From Chromera velia (Eukaryota), in NCBI GenBank assembly GCA_018398765.1, contig JAHBMJ010000174.1, positions 1 through 55,068 on the forward strand: 55,068 nucleotides of DNA, written 5' to 3'. The position numbers were made by a program, and so were the translations under genes. The notes beneath the pieces are model-generated. The model was not told the origin of the DNA. It did no database searches and saw only the letters and a list, made by a program, of their open reading frames with translations. This document shows positions 21,020-33,845 of this stretch, piece after piece (position 1 is the first letter of the stretch; every line of letters starts with the position of its first letter).

Positions 21020-23349
21020 GGTTGCATGCAGGATCGAGGGCAAGAAGTGGCAGATTGAAAGTTTAGAGGAGACTTTACCAAGAAAGTAGTGGGGAGAAGA
21101 GAGGGAGGATGGACACGGAAGTTTTCAGGAGAGGAGAGGAGAGGAGACGAGACGAAGCTATCCATCCATCCAGGTAAAAAAGGGGGGGCAGGGGGAAGAG
21201 AAGAGAAGAGGAGAGGAGAGGAGGCAAATTTAATTGAAAAAGGGGTGGACGGAGGAATTGCCTGATGATGTGAGGAAGGAAACGCCTTGGAAGGGATCGA
21301 TCGAGAGGAATTTTGGAGAGACGGCAGGTCGAGGTGGAGACTCACACAGCAAGCAGTGCACAAGGAAGGAAGGTTCATTCTCTCTTTCTTTCTCTCTAAT
21401 TCGATCACTTTTGTGGAAAGGAGGAGGGGTGGATGATCAGAGAGAGAGATGCAAAAGAGAGAGAGAGAGAGAGAGAGGGAAAGAGCGAGACCGTGTATCT
21501 GCGATCCTTCTTGATTGGGTTGGATTTGTAGGAGGGAAGGAGGAAGAAAGGAGGGAAGGAGTAGAAAGAAGCCCCACCTGGGGTCCTTTTTGTGTGTCCC
21601 TCTATCCTCAAAGTAGGAAAGAAGGATCATGTTTTTCCCTCCTTCCTTTCTTCCAGTGGTTCGTCGATTAAAACAGGAGGGAGGTAGCGTGTGAGGGAGA
21701 CCTCATAAAAGAACAGAAAGAAGGGAAGACACAATGGCGGATTAATTGTAGGAGGAGGGAAATAGCAAAGCAACAAGAAGCAAGAAGGGAAGGCAGAGGA
21801 ACGTTCGGGTCCTCCTGGAGACGCCTCCCTCTGTTCCTTAATTTCTAACACTTGGTTCCCTTCAATCGCCTGATGATTCTTCTTACTCCGTTGCAGAGGA
21901 TGGAGAAAAAAGGTGAAGAGACTAACTGGAATTGATCTTTGCACCAGGGGGGTACCATGAGAGGATGTAAAAGAAACAAATGAGATAAGGGACTGACACA
22001 GAGGGGGCAGTGAGTGCGCGGTGGCGCGTGCCTCCCCTCGAGTCATGCAGTCAAATTAAAAGTCCGTATCCTGATGAAGTAAGGCGTTTGTATACTAACC
22101 CCATATACTTCACATGGCAGTTTCGGGCCGTTCTCAAGCGGTACATTGAATTAACTTTTGTGTTTGTAATTTTAATCCGATTCCGTGTCTTGATCAGGCT
22201 GCTGGCAACAATACATAGTATGGCCTGCGCCTTAATAGACTGAGCAGTGCATGAAATCGTGTCTCTTGAGTTTGCAATGCATCATCAACAACTCTAACTA
22301 CGACTTGTAGCAGTTTCTTGATCGTTTAGTTGATCTTATATCAAAGAGCTACTAGTACTTTATGATGATAGATGCAAAGCCGCGTCACACAGGATTTAAA
22401 GTTCACTGGCATAACTTTCTGAGTCATCATATAGATTCGATTTAACGAATTATGAATCATGATTGAATCATCGTTTTCATTCATATACAGTTAGATTGAT
22501 GTTGATCACTAGGTTGATCATCATGCATAATAATCCATTTTTAGTGTTAACTCCTAGGTCAACTCAATAATTTAATAGTGTACGGCACTTAGTGCATGTA
22601 CAACGCTAGGTACAATGCATGATGCATTCAATTAATAATGTATGCATGATGCATTCAATTGTGTGTTATATACAATTGATACAAAACTCAGTAAAAACTA
22701 TAGATTTACAAATATGAAGAGAATTCTAAATTTAATAAGTATAGTTCAGCCGTTTTATAAATGATCAATCGCTTGATGCTCCTATATAGCTTCGCAACTA
22801 AACCTAGAGTTACCTAGTGATTTTAGCAGCAAAGCGATTCAACATAGTTTGATTAATCATAATTTTAATTTGACGCTAGAATTGACGTGATGTTGCGGTA
22901 GTATTGGATGTTGTTTGAAGGTGCACACACACACAGCCCTGAATAACGGAGGGAAAAAACAGCCAGCGACGCACGCCAGCGAAACAGATCAACAGAAACA
23001 TATATTTTTTTTGAGGTCATTCCTTGCCTTCACATGTACAAGCTTCTGCATGCACATGCTAGTGCACATGCTTTTCTAGATGCTTTTCCTTTTCTCGGTC
23101 AACCGAACAACTTGCCCAACGTTCAAATGCATTCAGGGGCCCGCTGACGGACGGCCCGAAAAGAAAAGAAACGGGCCCTGAAATTACGCATGCATGTGCA
23201 TGCACGCATGCACAACGGTGGACAGACCGACCATCAGCAGCAAATGCAGGATCCTTGCAATCTTGCATGTCAGATGCTCGACCGATCGATCTTCTCTTCA
23301 TGTTCTTCATTGCCCCATGCATGCACCATCAACCGACCGACTCGTCATA

Positions 23350-23384
<35 letters not shown>

Positions 23385-25361
23385 ATGCACATGGACAGAA
23401 GCAGTGCATGGGGGAATTAAGGCAGCGCCTGTTTCTCAGAGGAAAATGGATCTGAATTCTCGAAAGGGAATCGGAACCCCAGCAACCGAATGTCCCAATC
23501 AATCCTCCTCAGCTAGGCTCCATTCATCCATCCGCGCGTCGATTCACCTGCATATTAATTCACCCACCCACCCACCCATCCACACACACTCATGCACTCA
23601 CATTTCTGTCGACCGATCGACCCGGCAGCCACTGGCAGCCAGCCAGCCGAGGGATGGATAATCGGGGCATCCCTTCAACGTCAGGCTCTTAGTTGAATCA
23701 GCGATCGAACCGACGGAAGGGAAAACAACAGAACATGAGGGGACGAGAGATCAATCATTTCAATCAACAGCGAAACCGAAAAATACAGCGAGTCATTCGT
23801 GTTTCTGCTTCCCATGAATTGCGAATGAACGCACGGCCATGCATGAACACGTAAAACGAACGAGGTGCCTTGATTGGTATGAGTGGAGGATTCAAGTTCC
23901 TTCTTCTGAAGTTCATCATTCCGTCTGCTGCCCCGATGCAGCTCCCGGACCGTCCATCTCTCTTTCCTTCTGAAACGCAACAGAGAGAAAAGACGACAGA
24001 TCTATTTCACTTGATTGTGTCTTTTTCTGTTCTGCCTAGTTTTCTGCGTGGTGGTTGGCTGCGCCATCAGTACACCACACAGCAACGCATCGTTGGTTTT
24101 CGTTCGTTTTGCTCTGAGAACTGAAACAACCAACCAACAAAGAGAATTAACTCAATTAAGTCTCCAGAGGACTCCTTTCCTTAATTCCCTCTTTTCAGTC
24201 TTCTTTCTTTTCATCCAGACAACGCTGGTCTGTTCTCTTCAGTCCTTCATACGCATACAAAGAGAGGAAGTGAATGCGAGCGAGGAACGACTTGATGGAC
24301 AAGTACGGAACATAATTTTGCATTCATCTTTCCTCCCTCTTCTTTTCTGCTTTCGATCAGATCATGCTTGCGGTCTCGCGTTGTCGGAAACAAACCCGAC
24401 AGACCGACCGACAAGTCTCAATCAATCAAATACACAGACAGGCAGTACGAAGAAATCAGTCCCTCGCGGGCGGTACGAAGAAATTCCGTGTGGGTACGAA
24501 GAGAAGAAGTACAAAGTAAGTAAAGCAAGCTGTCTCTTCTCTCTCTGACAGAGAGGAGACCAAACTCGAAGAGTGAGTGAGTAAGTGCGGCTACATGCGG
24601 GCAGGCTTTTCTAGTCATTCAAGACTCGTGAAGAATTGAATGAACAAACAAAAAGAAAAAGCAAAGCGCACATCGGCAAAGCTGCGAGACACGCGCGAAG
24701 CAAAGGTAAAGCAAGGCTGAGCATGCAGCGAACGAGACACAACACCCCAAGGCATGGTAATAAGACATGACATTCAAGAACAACCGACAGACAGCAGTAC
24801 ACGTACCGTTGTTGCATCAGATGCACAGGTCAGAGACAGTCAGCATTCTTTGCTCTCTTCCTCTTCAGACATCATGCAATTAGGGCCTCCTCCTGTTCTT
24901 TTTTTCTCGACCTCTCGCGTGGCATTTTTCCTTCCTCTCCACACCCCTCTCGGATGGACCCTCAAAGACCTTCAGGCAAAATCAGCAGGCACGCAGACCA
25001 CACAAGATACCCAGAGATCAGTCAGAGAGGAAATCCTTCCGTCGAGGGAGTTCAAGTCAAGATCGGATGCAGGGAATGCTACATCAGCAACACACACACA
25101 CAACCAGAAAATCAGACAACCCAACGAGACAGATTTTATCGTGTGTGTGACCTTTCGTTCTTTCTCTTCTTTCCGTTAAATCGCTCCTTTGTTCAGTCAA
25201 TCAATCGTTACACAGAAAGAAAACCCAACATGACAGATCGAGAACAGATCCATCCGAGCAGGAGTACATGAGGATGGATGATGATGTACGCAATGACGGA
25301 GGAGTAAGCAGGCAGGAGTGATTTCTTCCGCTCCTTTCTCCTCTCTTCTCTCTCCTCTCTT

Positions 25362-25478
25362 TTAGACCTTCTCGGTGAAGGGAAAGTCGGCGTTTGTGAC
25401 AAGGTCCTGCGCGAGCATGGCCATGAAGCCAATCATGGCGATGCGCCCGTTGTTGATCTCTCTGTTTTGCATCGCCCT

Positions 25479-25509
<31 letters not shown>

Positions 25510-26731
25510 GAGAGAGAGAGGGGGAGGAAGGAAAGGAAAGGGAGAGGAGCATGTGGTGCGAAGAGAAATGGAAAAGGGCCGGAGAAGGGCAGCTAGAGAG
25601 AGACAAAGACCGCTCACAGATCCTGCAGATGCCTGCATGCCTCTCACGGGTTCCGCAAAAAAAAAAAAGGGAAGGGGCGAAGGTCGCACAGAAAGAGAGC
25701 GACTTGGTTGAAGGGATGAGAATGATACCTATCTAAAGAAATTGAGGGAACGAAAAGACACACAGTGACAAAGACAGGCTGGCCAAACAAAGAGAGAGCT
25801 AGGGAGAGACCTTGAATCCCTCCCTCCCTTCCTGAATCCCTTCCTGCCTTCAATATTTCGACTGACAGGTTTTCCTCTGCGTCCTCAGGACCCTTCCAGA
25901 AGAAACCTCCCAGAGATCCCTCATACTCTCCCTCGGGTGCCATCCCTCTCTCGCCGAAGATGTTGTAGTCCAGGAAACCCATGGTCAAGAAGATCGCGCC
26001 GATAACAAGGCCGGGGAGGTCCAGCAGGGCGTCGAAGCCGGGCCGCACGTCCTGGAAGTTCTCCAACTTGTAGTAGCTGCACCCACCCGCCCACACATCC
26101 ATCCAAACAGCCAGCGATGGAGCCATGCAGTCATCAGCAGGGCAAAACAAAGGGACCAGACAGTGCGGGAGGGTACGGGAGACAAGACGAGACAAGACAA
26201 GAGAGCGACCGACACAAGAAACGGGAGACGGGAGTGCACCAAGTGCAAAGAGAGGACAAGAGAGCTAAGGACCCATCCGTACTGATCGACTGACTGACTG
26301 ACTGACTAGGGCAGAGCGTATCCGAGAATGGCGAGCATGGCGAGTCTGCCGTTCTTGATCTCTCCTGCTCTCATGAACTTGTACTTCTTGTCCTGGGGGG
26401 TCAGGCCGTTGGAGATGCCGAGAGGGTCCCAGAACCCGAAAGGTGCGGTGGCGCCTGGGGCGTTGTCGAATGCGCTAACCCTCAGCTCTGTCTTCGGAGA
26501 CTTCTTAGCCTTCAGCCTGCAGAACAGACCGAACCAAGAAGGGAGACGGGAGGAAGAGACGGGGAGACACGACAAGATGAACATTGTCGACAGAACCAAA
26601 GAACAACTGGCGGCCGATTCTGCTCGAGGTGGGAAGAAAGAGAGATCTACTGACTGTGTCAGTGGAGTCGGGACGAAGGCAAGGGACTGGGTGAAGGCGA
26701 GAGCAGCGACGGCAAGGATCGTCTTGAACAT
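25362..26731 (-). CDS. Light-harvesting complex protein (chlorophyll a-b/FCP-type family), plastid-targeted, 203 aa; exons 26731-26655, 26516-26307, 26076-25867, 25476-25362
   Basis: Signal peptide MFKTILAVAALAFTQSLA-F followed by a transit-like segment. Contains GFWDPLG, helix 1 GEIKNGRLAMLA and helix 3 REINNGRIAMIG. All three introns are phase 2 and splice in frame to a TAA stop. Confidence 0.95.
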
Positions 26732-26939
26732 CTTCAAAGTCTTCTTTGTTGGTTGATGTGAGAGTTGAAAACAGAAAAAGAAACCACGAGGGAGACGATG
26801 AGGAGAGCTCAGGGGCTTTTCTGTGTCGCCAATTGAGGCGGTAGCTTCGTCCGGACGGAAAGCTTTCGAGGATCGTCGTCGGACTGAGAGAGGGGGGGAG
26901 GCAGAAAGTTCCTGAATTAAGAAAGCTGAAAATTCAGAC

Positions 26940-27260
26940 TGAGAAGGGTATGCATGGTCCCGCAAAGCCATGCGCGGGACCATGCATGCTTTAATTTGCA
27001 TGGCGCATATAGGCCCGTGAAAGCGAAGTTCCTGCACGTTGGCTCTTTCCCACAATTATACCGGCAACTTTCCGGGGCATGCATGCAGTTTGCGAGTGGC
27101 CCGAGATGGCCCGATCGAGGCAAACGAAATTTTTTTCAGCGGGCAGCGGTTCACATGCAGCGACTTCACGCACTTTTTTTTCGATTTTCTTCAATCGATA
27201 GCCTGAGCTCCTAGCTCTCCCGTTTCTGAAGAACGCACTCCATCATGCACACTCCTGTTA
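26940..27260. promoter_or_regulatory. Putative divergent promoter (LHC / SR genes) with clustered (T)GCATG(CA) motifs
   Basis: tgcatgg, ccatgcatgc, tgcatgg, gcatgcatgcag and catgca lie within ~300 bp between two head-to-head start codons 742 bp apart. Confidence 0.45.
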
Positions 27261-27472
27261 TGGGCATTCTGTGAACAGCCAGTTTCCACATTGTCTGCTC
27301 AATCCGCTCGCGAGCTCCCGCGTTTGTTTTGTGAGCAATCTGCAAGAACATTGTTGCTCGTCTCTTTCCTGCACGATCAGCTTTGACGGCGGACCAGTCT
27401 CTTGCAAGCAGACCAAATCTCGAGGTTCACGTTTTCAAGCTTTGTCATCTGGAATCTTGTGGGTAGCCCAAA

Positions 27473-30400
27473 ATGGTGGATGAGGGCAGAAAACTGTACA
27501 TTGGTCAGTTGCGGGAGAAAGAACATTCACACATTTTTTTGCCCGCCTACTCGAAGTTCTGCGGCCGTTTTGTGTTTTTAGACTCATCTACTTGCTCGTG
27601 CAGGATGGGACTTTCCATCGTATATGGTTGCCTCTGATGATTCCGTTTGCAATATGCATATATAATGCTGGCATGATTCATTCTTGCAGGGAATCTGGAC
27701 CCTTCCATGACTCCCAGAGACCTGGAGCATCCCTTCAGCAGATTTGGTTCGTTTGTTCGTTCGTTCGTTTGTGAGAATGTCGTGTCGGTGTTGCCTTCTG
27801 TTTTCTTTTCTGGATGAAAAGGGCTGATCAATTTGTTGCCTGTGTGACAGTGCGTGGTGTTTGTTTTCTCTCCAAAAATATAGCTGTCAAAAAGGAGAAG
27901 AGAAGCGTTGTGTGAGTCTTCTCAGATCGTCTCCAGGAACACCTCTCACGTTCGCCCCGTTTGTTTCTGTTCGTTCGACAGAAGACGAGGTAGAGGGACG
28001 GATTGTTTGACAGAAGAAGGGAGCAAGTGCAGGGTGTGTTGCCGACATTTGCAGACAAAAGAAGTAACTTCCTTCCGGGCAAATGAATAATATGACACGT
28101 CTGCAATGATGTGATTCTTTCTGTTGGTTCCCCCCTTTTTCTCTTCTCTTCCCTCCCACAGGTCATGTCGCCAATGTGTGGGTGGCTCGTACCCCTCCCG
28201 GTTTCGCTTTTGTGGTCAGTTTCCTTTCTGCCAGGTGTTGCTCTTCTTCTTGTGTGTAGACTGCAAGGGACTCGGGAAGGAAGGGACAGAAGGAGTCTCT
28301 TGTGCGTATTTAGAAGTGAAGACCCCTCGTGGCCTGTCCTGTCTTTCATTCTTTTTTTTGGGGGGGGGGGTTACTGTAGGGGTGGGGCCTGGAAGGAGAA
28401 AGAGTGGATTGATTGCTGGAAGTCTTGTTTGTGCATGGAAGGAGGGAAGTCTTGTTTGTGCATGGACGGAGGTCGGCTTTCTTGTTTGTGCATGGACGGA
28501 GGTCGGCTTTCCTGTTCACTGTGTCCTTGGAACTGTTCCGGGGGGGAGCCAAAATGCAGTGATGAAGTGCATACCGGAAAGGCCCTTCCTTTCCTGTCCT
28601 CCTCCCTTTCCACCTTTGTCTGCGTGTGTTCTCTTTGCCTCACTCTTCTTTTCCCCAAAGCAATGTGCAATGTGTTCTCGTAGGCTTTCTCCGTCTCTCC
28701 ACCCCCGTGCCTCCCCAACCTCCCCAATGCAGACATTCGACGACGCACGCGACGCCGCCGACGCCGTCAAGGAAATGGACGGACAGAGGATTGGGTCCAA
28801 ACAGTCAGTCAGTCAGTCAGTCACTTGAGTGAGCGACCAGGCAGTGGAGCAGGCACTCAGTCAGCAGATTGAAAGATAGATGGAGAGGACAGAGTTTAGA
28901 AAGAAGAACAAGTAGTAGAAGAATAAGAAGACACAGAGAGAGTCAAGAAGAAGTTTCCTGAACGTCTGCTGATTCCTTCCTTCCTGTCTATGACCTACCG
29001 ATCTGCCTGGCCCTGCGGCAGTCAGAAAGGTGGACTGAGGTTCAGACCCGAGTCGCCAATGCAGACAGCTAGGTCCTCACTCACTCCCTTATCTCCCTCT
29101 CTCACTCTCTCTCTTTCTTCCCAAGTTGCAAAAGACGGACCGAAAAAGAGGAATGGCTCTCACCGAGGTTTCACTCACTGAGTTCCTTCCCCTGCCGCTC
29201 TTTCCCCCCCCCCCTTTTTTTTTTGTTCATCAAATGGGTCGACCCTTTTCTTTGCATTACCACAGGACCCGTCTCGTCTGGTCTCGTTTCGTCTCACCCA
29301 CCACAGCGCTGCAAGGCTCTTCCACGCTTCGTCGAAAAGAAACATAACGGCGCCTCACTCGCGTCTCTTCCCGTCTCGTTTCGTCTCGCCTTGACATATC
29401 GCCACTTGATCGATCGACTGACTGCACACACGCGTGACCGACCGACCGACCGACCACCGACTCTTCCTTCAATCGGTCGCACTCTGCTCTCAACCCAACG
29501 ACCCGCGAGCGAAGCATCGTGACGCAACTCAACGCGACGCAAAGCGAGGAATGAAAGAAAACCATCGTCGCTCGACTCTTCTCTTCACTACTCTCTCTAC
29601 GCGACAACAGAGAGAGAGACGTCGCCGTCCCCCCAGCACATCATCCTGCCACATGAAGGCTGCATGGGAGGCTGGCTCAAGTTGACTCCTTTCGCTTCTT
29701 TCTTCACTCCGCTGGGAGTTCGTCGCCTCGCCTCGCCGCATCTCGTCACTCTTCTGCTGCCATGCTTCAATCAAAGTAGAAAGAAGTCCGTCGCGGTTGC
29801 TTGCAGAGGGTTGCGTGGGATTGAGGCGACCTGAATGGAAGGATGGAATGAGGTGGCCTGCCTGCGTGTCTGAATGATGGATGGATGGATGGATGGATGG
29901 ATGGATGTAAAAACAAAAAACAAAATGAGCCTTGAGGTGAATCTCTCCTTTCTGATCTGAATGCACGGATTCCCCTGAGGCAATGAATGAATGAATCGAT
30001 TTTCTCTGCCCTCTTTTTCCTTCCCTGCTTGCCTGATGATGATGTGATTTGAACAGCATCCGGTGCGAGTTGGCGAAGTCCGAGGGCCGGGGCGGCAGGG
30101 GCGGCCGTGGAGGCGGCTTCGGAGGGGGTGGGGGAGGGTACGGTCGCAGTGACTGGGGGAGGGACGGGAGAGACTACAGAGATGGGGGGGGCTACGGGGA
30201 CAGAGACAGGGACAGAGGATACGGGGGGGGAAGATACGATGATCGAAGGTCAGTCAATCAGACAGACAGACAGACAATGAGTGATCAGGCAGGCTCTCAG
30301 TCAGTCAGTCAGAAAATGTAGATCGATGCAAGGACCGTCCGTGTGTTTATTTATTTGTCGGGAGAGCCAAAAGATGTGTATGAAATAGACAATCTCCACG

Positions 30401-32546
30401 TCTCTGGCTCGAGTGGTGACACAAGGTAGTTCAGCTTGTCATTTTCTCTCTCTCCTCTTTCTTCGTCGCGCTCATCAAACAAAAGCAGGGACAGGATAAA
30501 GGAGGAAGATGAGGAAGCTAGCGGACAGACAGGCAGGCAGCCAGACCGCTTTGCGGAAGTTGGTCAAAAGGTGTTGAAGCAAGTAAATGAGGATCAGCAG
30601 TGAGTGGATGAATCAGTCAGTCATTCAGTCAGTCAGTCAGTGAGGCAATTAATGGCTGGATCGATCAAAACGGCGGTATGATGAGACGATGCGGACATCG
30701 TTCCGGGTTTCTTTCTTTCTCCTCTCTCTTCCTCTTCGGAGGCCGGGGGGGGGAGTCAGAAGGCAGGCCCCTCCGCAGACGGAAGGGAAGGAAGACCTTG
30801 ACGACAACACAAATAATCTTCTCTCTGACGCCGCTTGTTTTCGCTCATTTCTTCCTTCCTTCCTGTGGTCCTGTCCTTGCTTCTTGATAAAACACACACC
30901 TGCTCACTCCGAGTCACGTAATCAATCAATGATCCATTTCCTTCCTCTTTTGTGGATCAAACTGCGACGAGACTTTCTCCCTCTAATTCCCTCTTCTTTT
31001 CCTCCCTGCTCCTCTCCTTGCCTCTACTTTTCACCTTCTCTCATGTTTCGTTCCTCTCTTCTCTTTTCTCCCGGTACCTCTTCTCTCGGTCTAGCTCGGT
31101 CAGGGCTCTCTCTCTCTTTGTTCTTCATCCCTCCCTCGCTGGCTGTAGGCGCGCCTCCCTCGCTTTTTCCCTGTGAAGCCCTTCCTTCTCTCACTGATGT
31201 CTTGTCGCACATTGGTCGGTCGAGGCATTGATTGATTGGGTGGGCACATTGGTCGGTCGAGGCATTGATTGACCTCCCTCCCTCCCCGACATGTTTCTTC
31301 CTTCTCGACCCCCCCCCCCCCCCCCNNNNNNNNNNNNNNNNNNNNNNNNNNNNNNNNNNNNNNNNNNNNNNNNNNNNNNNNNNNNNNNNNNNNNNNNNNN
31401 NNNNNNNNNNNNNNNNNNNNNNNNNNNNNNNNNNNNNNNNNNNNNNNNNNNNNNNNNNNNNNNNNNNNNNNNNNNNNNNNNNNNNNNNNNNNNNNNNNNN
31501 NNNNNNNNNNNNNNNNNNNNNNNNNNNNNNNNNNNNNNNNNNNNNNNNNNNNNNNNNNNNNNNNNNNNNNNNNNNNNNNNNNNNNNNNNNNNNNNNNNNN
31601 NNNNNNNNNNNNNNNNNNNNNNNNNNNNNNNNNNNNNNNNCGCACACACGCACACACATGTATGCGTGTTGATCTCACATTGACGAAATACATGAATAAA
31701 CGTTGATTGATTCAGTTGAAACGAAGTGATGGCTGAATGAATGAATGAGTGGACGATGGGTGCAGACGGGACTCCCCCGACCCCTCTCCCCGTCGGCGCT
31801 CCCCCTCCTACGACCGCTTCCCTTCCTCCAGAGGGGGAGGGGGTGGCGACAGAGACGGCAGAGACGGGAGGAGAGATGAGAGGGACAGGGAGAGAGACAT
31901 GGACAGAGACAGAGACAGCAGGAGAGACTACGGAGGAGGAAGGTGAGCGAGGTGAGGCGGCAGAATCAAGGAAGCAGTGCTGAGAGACAAAGGACTGCCG
32001 CGTGGTTGTACAACTCTTTGTGATCATTTGATACTCTTTGGGGGGGGGGGTTCGGGTTAGTTGTGGAGGCCTCTCAGTGGCTTCTGTGCACCAACCCACT
32101 GTGCAACAGCTTGCATGTATACACGCACGCGCACACGCACTCACTCACACAAAAAGAAAGGGAGAGGGAGGGAGAGAGAGAAAGAGAACCAGAAAAGATA
32201 GCCCAATGAAATCCTTTTCCCTCGACGTTTTGTCCCTCTCCCTCCGTCTCCCACGGACTGACTCAATCTTATTTTTTCCACTTCATCTTGCCCCCGTTGG
32301 TTTTTTGTTGCCTTTCGAAAGCCTTTCCGTCTTTCCTTCTTTTCTCCGCCCACCCTGCCTCTCCTCTCCTCTCCGCATTTCCTTCTCTTCCCTTCCCTCC
32401 TTGAGTGCAGATACGACGACAGAGACGACAGAGGGGGCAAGGAGGTGTCAAGGAGGACGGATGCGTTCGACAGGGCAGAGAGGTCAACGACGGGGGATGA
32501 GAGGGAGAGGGTGAACGGGTATGCAGATGATAGGGGAAGGTATTGA
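27473..32546 (+). CDS. SR-family splicing factor (SRSF3/SRSF7-like RRM with RG/RD-rich tail); exons 27473-27503, 27690-27746, 28162-28214, 28733-28803, 30057-30248, 31766-31942, 32411-32546
   Basis: Spliced product MVDEGRKLYIGNL...[39 protein letters not shown]...IRCELAK contains RNP2, RNP1 and the SRp20/9G8-type VWVARxPPGFAFV signature. Phases are consistent. The N gap at 31326-31640 could hide an exon. Confidence 0.9.
28421..28512. repeat. Intronic minisatellite, ~27-30 bp unit, about 3 copies
   Basis: cttgtttgtgcatgga(c/a)ggagg... repeated in tandem. Confidence 0.85.
31326..31640. other. Assembly gap
   Basis: Run of N after poly-C. Confidence 0.99.
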
Positions 32547-33845
32547 GGTGAAGGAAGAGAAGGACTGGAGGAAAAGGACGGAAGGAAGAAAGGGGAGGGA
32601 GAGCTGAAAGAAAGAAAGAAACAAAGAGCAGTTCCATGAGAAGGAGGGAGGGAGACAGAGAGAGAAAGGGCTTTTGGACAGGGAAGCGGCAGGTATTCTG
32701 GCTCTACCTCTGGTCGCTCCGTTTCTCTATCCTCTTGCCTCACTCAATAGATGAGACTGCCTCCGTTTCGACTTGCCTCTTTTTCGGTTCATTCATTCAT
32801 TCTCGATTTCCCTCTGTATAAATGAATGAATACCCACAGAGAGAGAGGGAGCAATAGAGTCAGACAGATCGAGGAGGACAGAGAATGACAGCCCTCCCTT
32901 GGTTATCTTCAATCGATGGTTGGATGGATGGCCTTTGAGTCCTTCCTTCCTTCCTTCTCTCCTCCATTGGTCTCTCCTCTCCTCTCCATTCCTTTTTACG
33001 TTGGTTCGTTTGTCGACGGACTGACTGACCGACTGCTTCACCTTCAATCCTTTTTCTTCGGGGTTTCTCTCACCTCCTTTTGCTCTCCTCTCCTCTGCTC
33101 TCCTCTCTGGAAGGAGAATAATTAATGTCTTAGGACAATTTGGAATATGAGACGACGGCAGAACGTGAAGTGCCGGGTCTTCTGCATTTCATTGAAATGA
33201 GGGTCTGTGAATGGATGGATGGATTCCTCGGGTGGGGTTGGGTTGATGGAAGTTTGTTTGGTTGACTTGGACCTTCGTGGGTGCATGGAGGCAAGAGTCG
33301 ACGTACAATTTCGCCTCTGGAAAGGGTGTCCTTCCTCTCCTCTCGTTCGTTGTCTTCTCTCAACTCGGGCATGCAGTGAGTCCTGGAGTGAGCCGTGCAT
33401 GGGCGCCTGCCCGTTTCTTTCTTTCGGTGTCCTTTCACCGAAGTACTTTTTCCTTGCTGAACTGTCGGTAGGCCTGCTTGGTTAGCCCTGTTCCGCCTGC
33501 AAGTGTTGTACCGCTTCTCTCAATTCCTTAATAAGTTGTGTTGATGGCATAAATTGTTACCTTGTAAGTGATTAGTTTGAAAGAACCCTTACACAAACGC
33601 TTTATACTTGATAATATACCACCTAGTATACCACATATCAGTCAATGTCGACCTAGCTGAACATATGATTGGTGATTGATCACATTATAACATATCTAAT
33701 GTACAAGCCAACGTATTTTAAAAAATATGTATTAAAAAATTTGGTTTATTCTTTTACTGCGCTCTGGCATGCCGCACTGGCAGGAGCGTAGCGAAGGCCA
33801 GCGGAGGTGGTATCATGCATGACATTGATGATTGAGGGTGTATGA

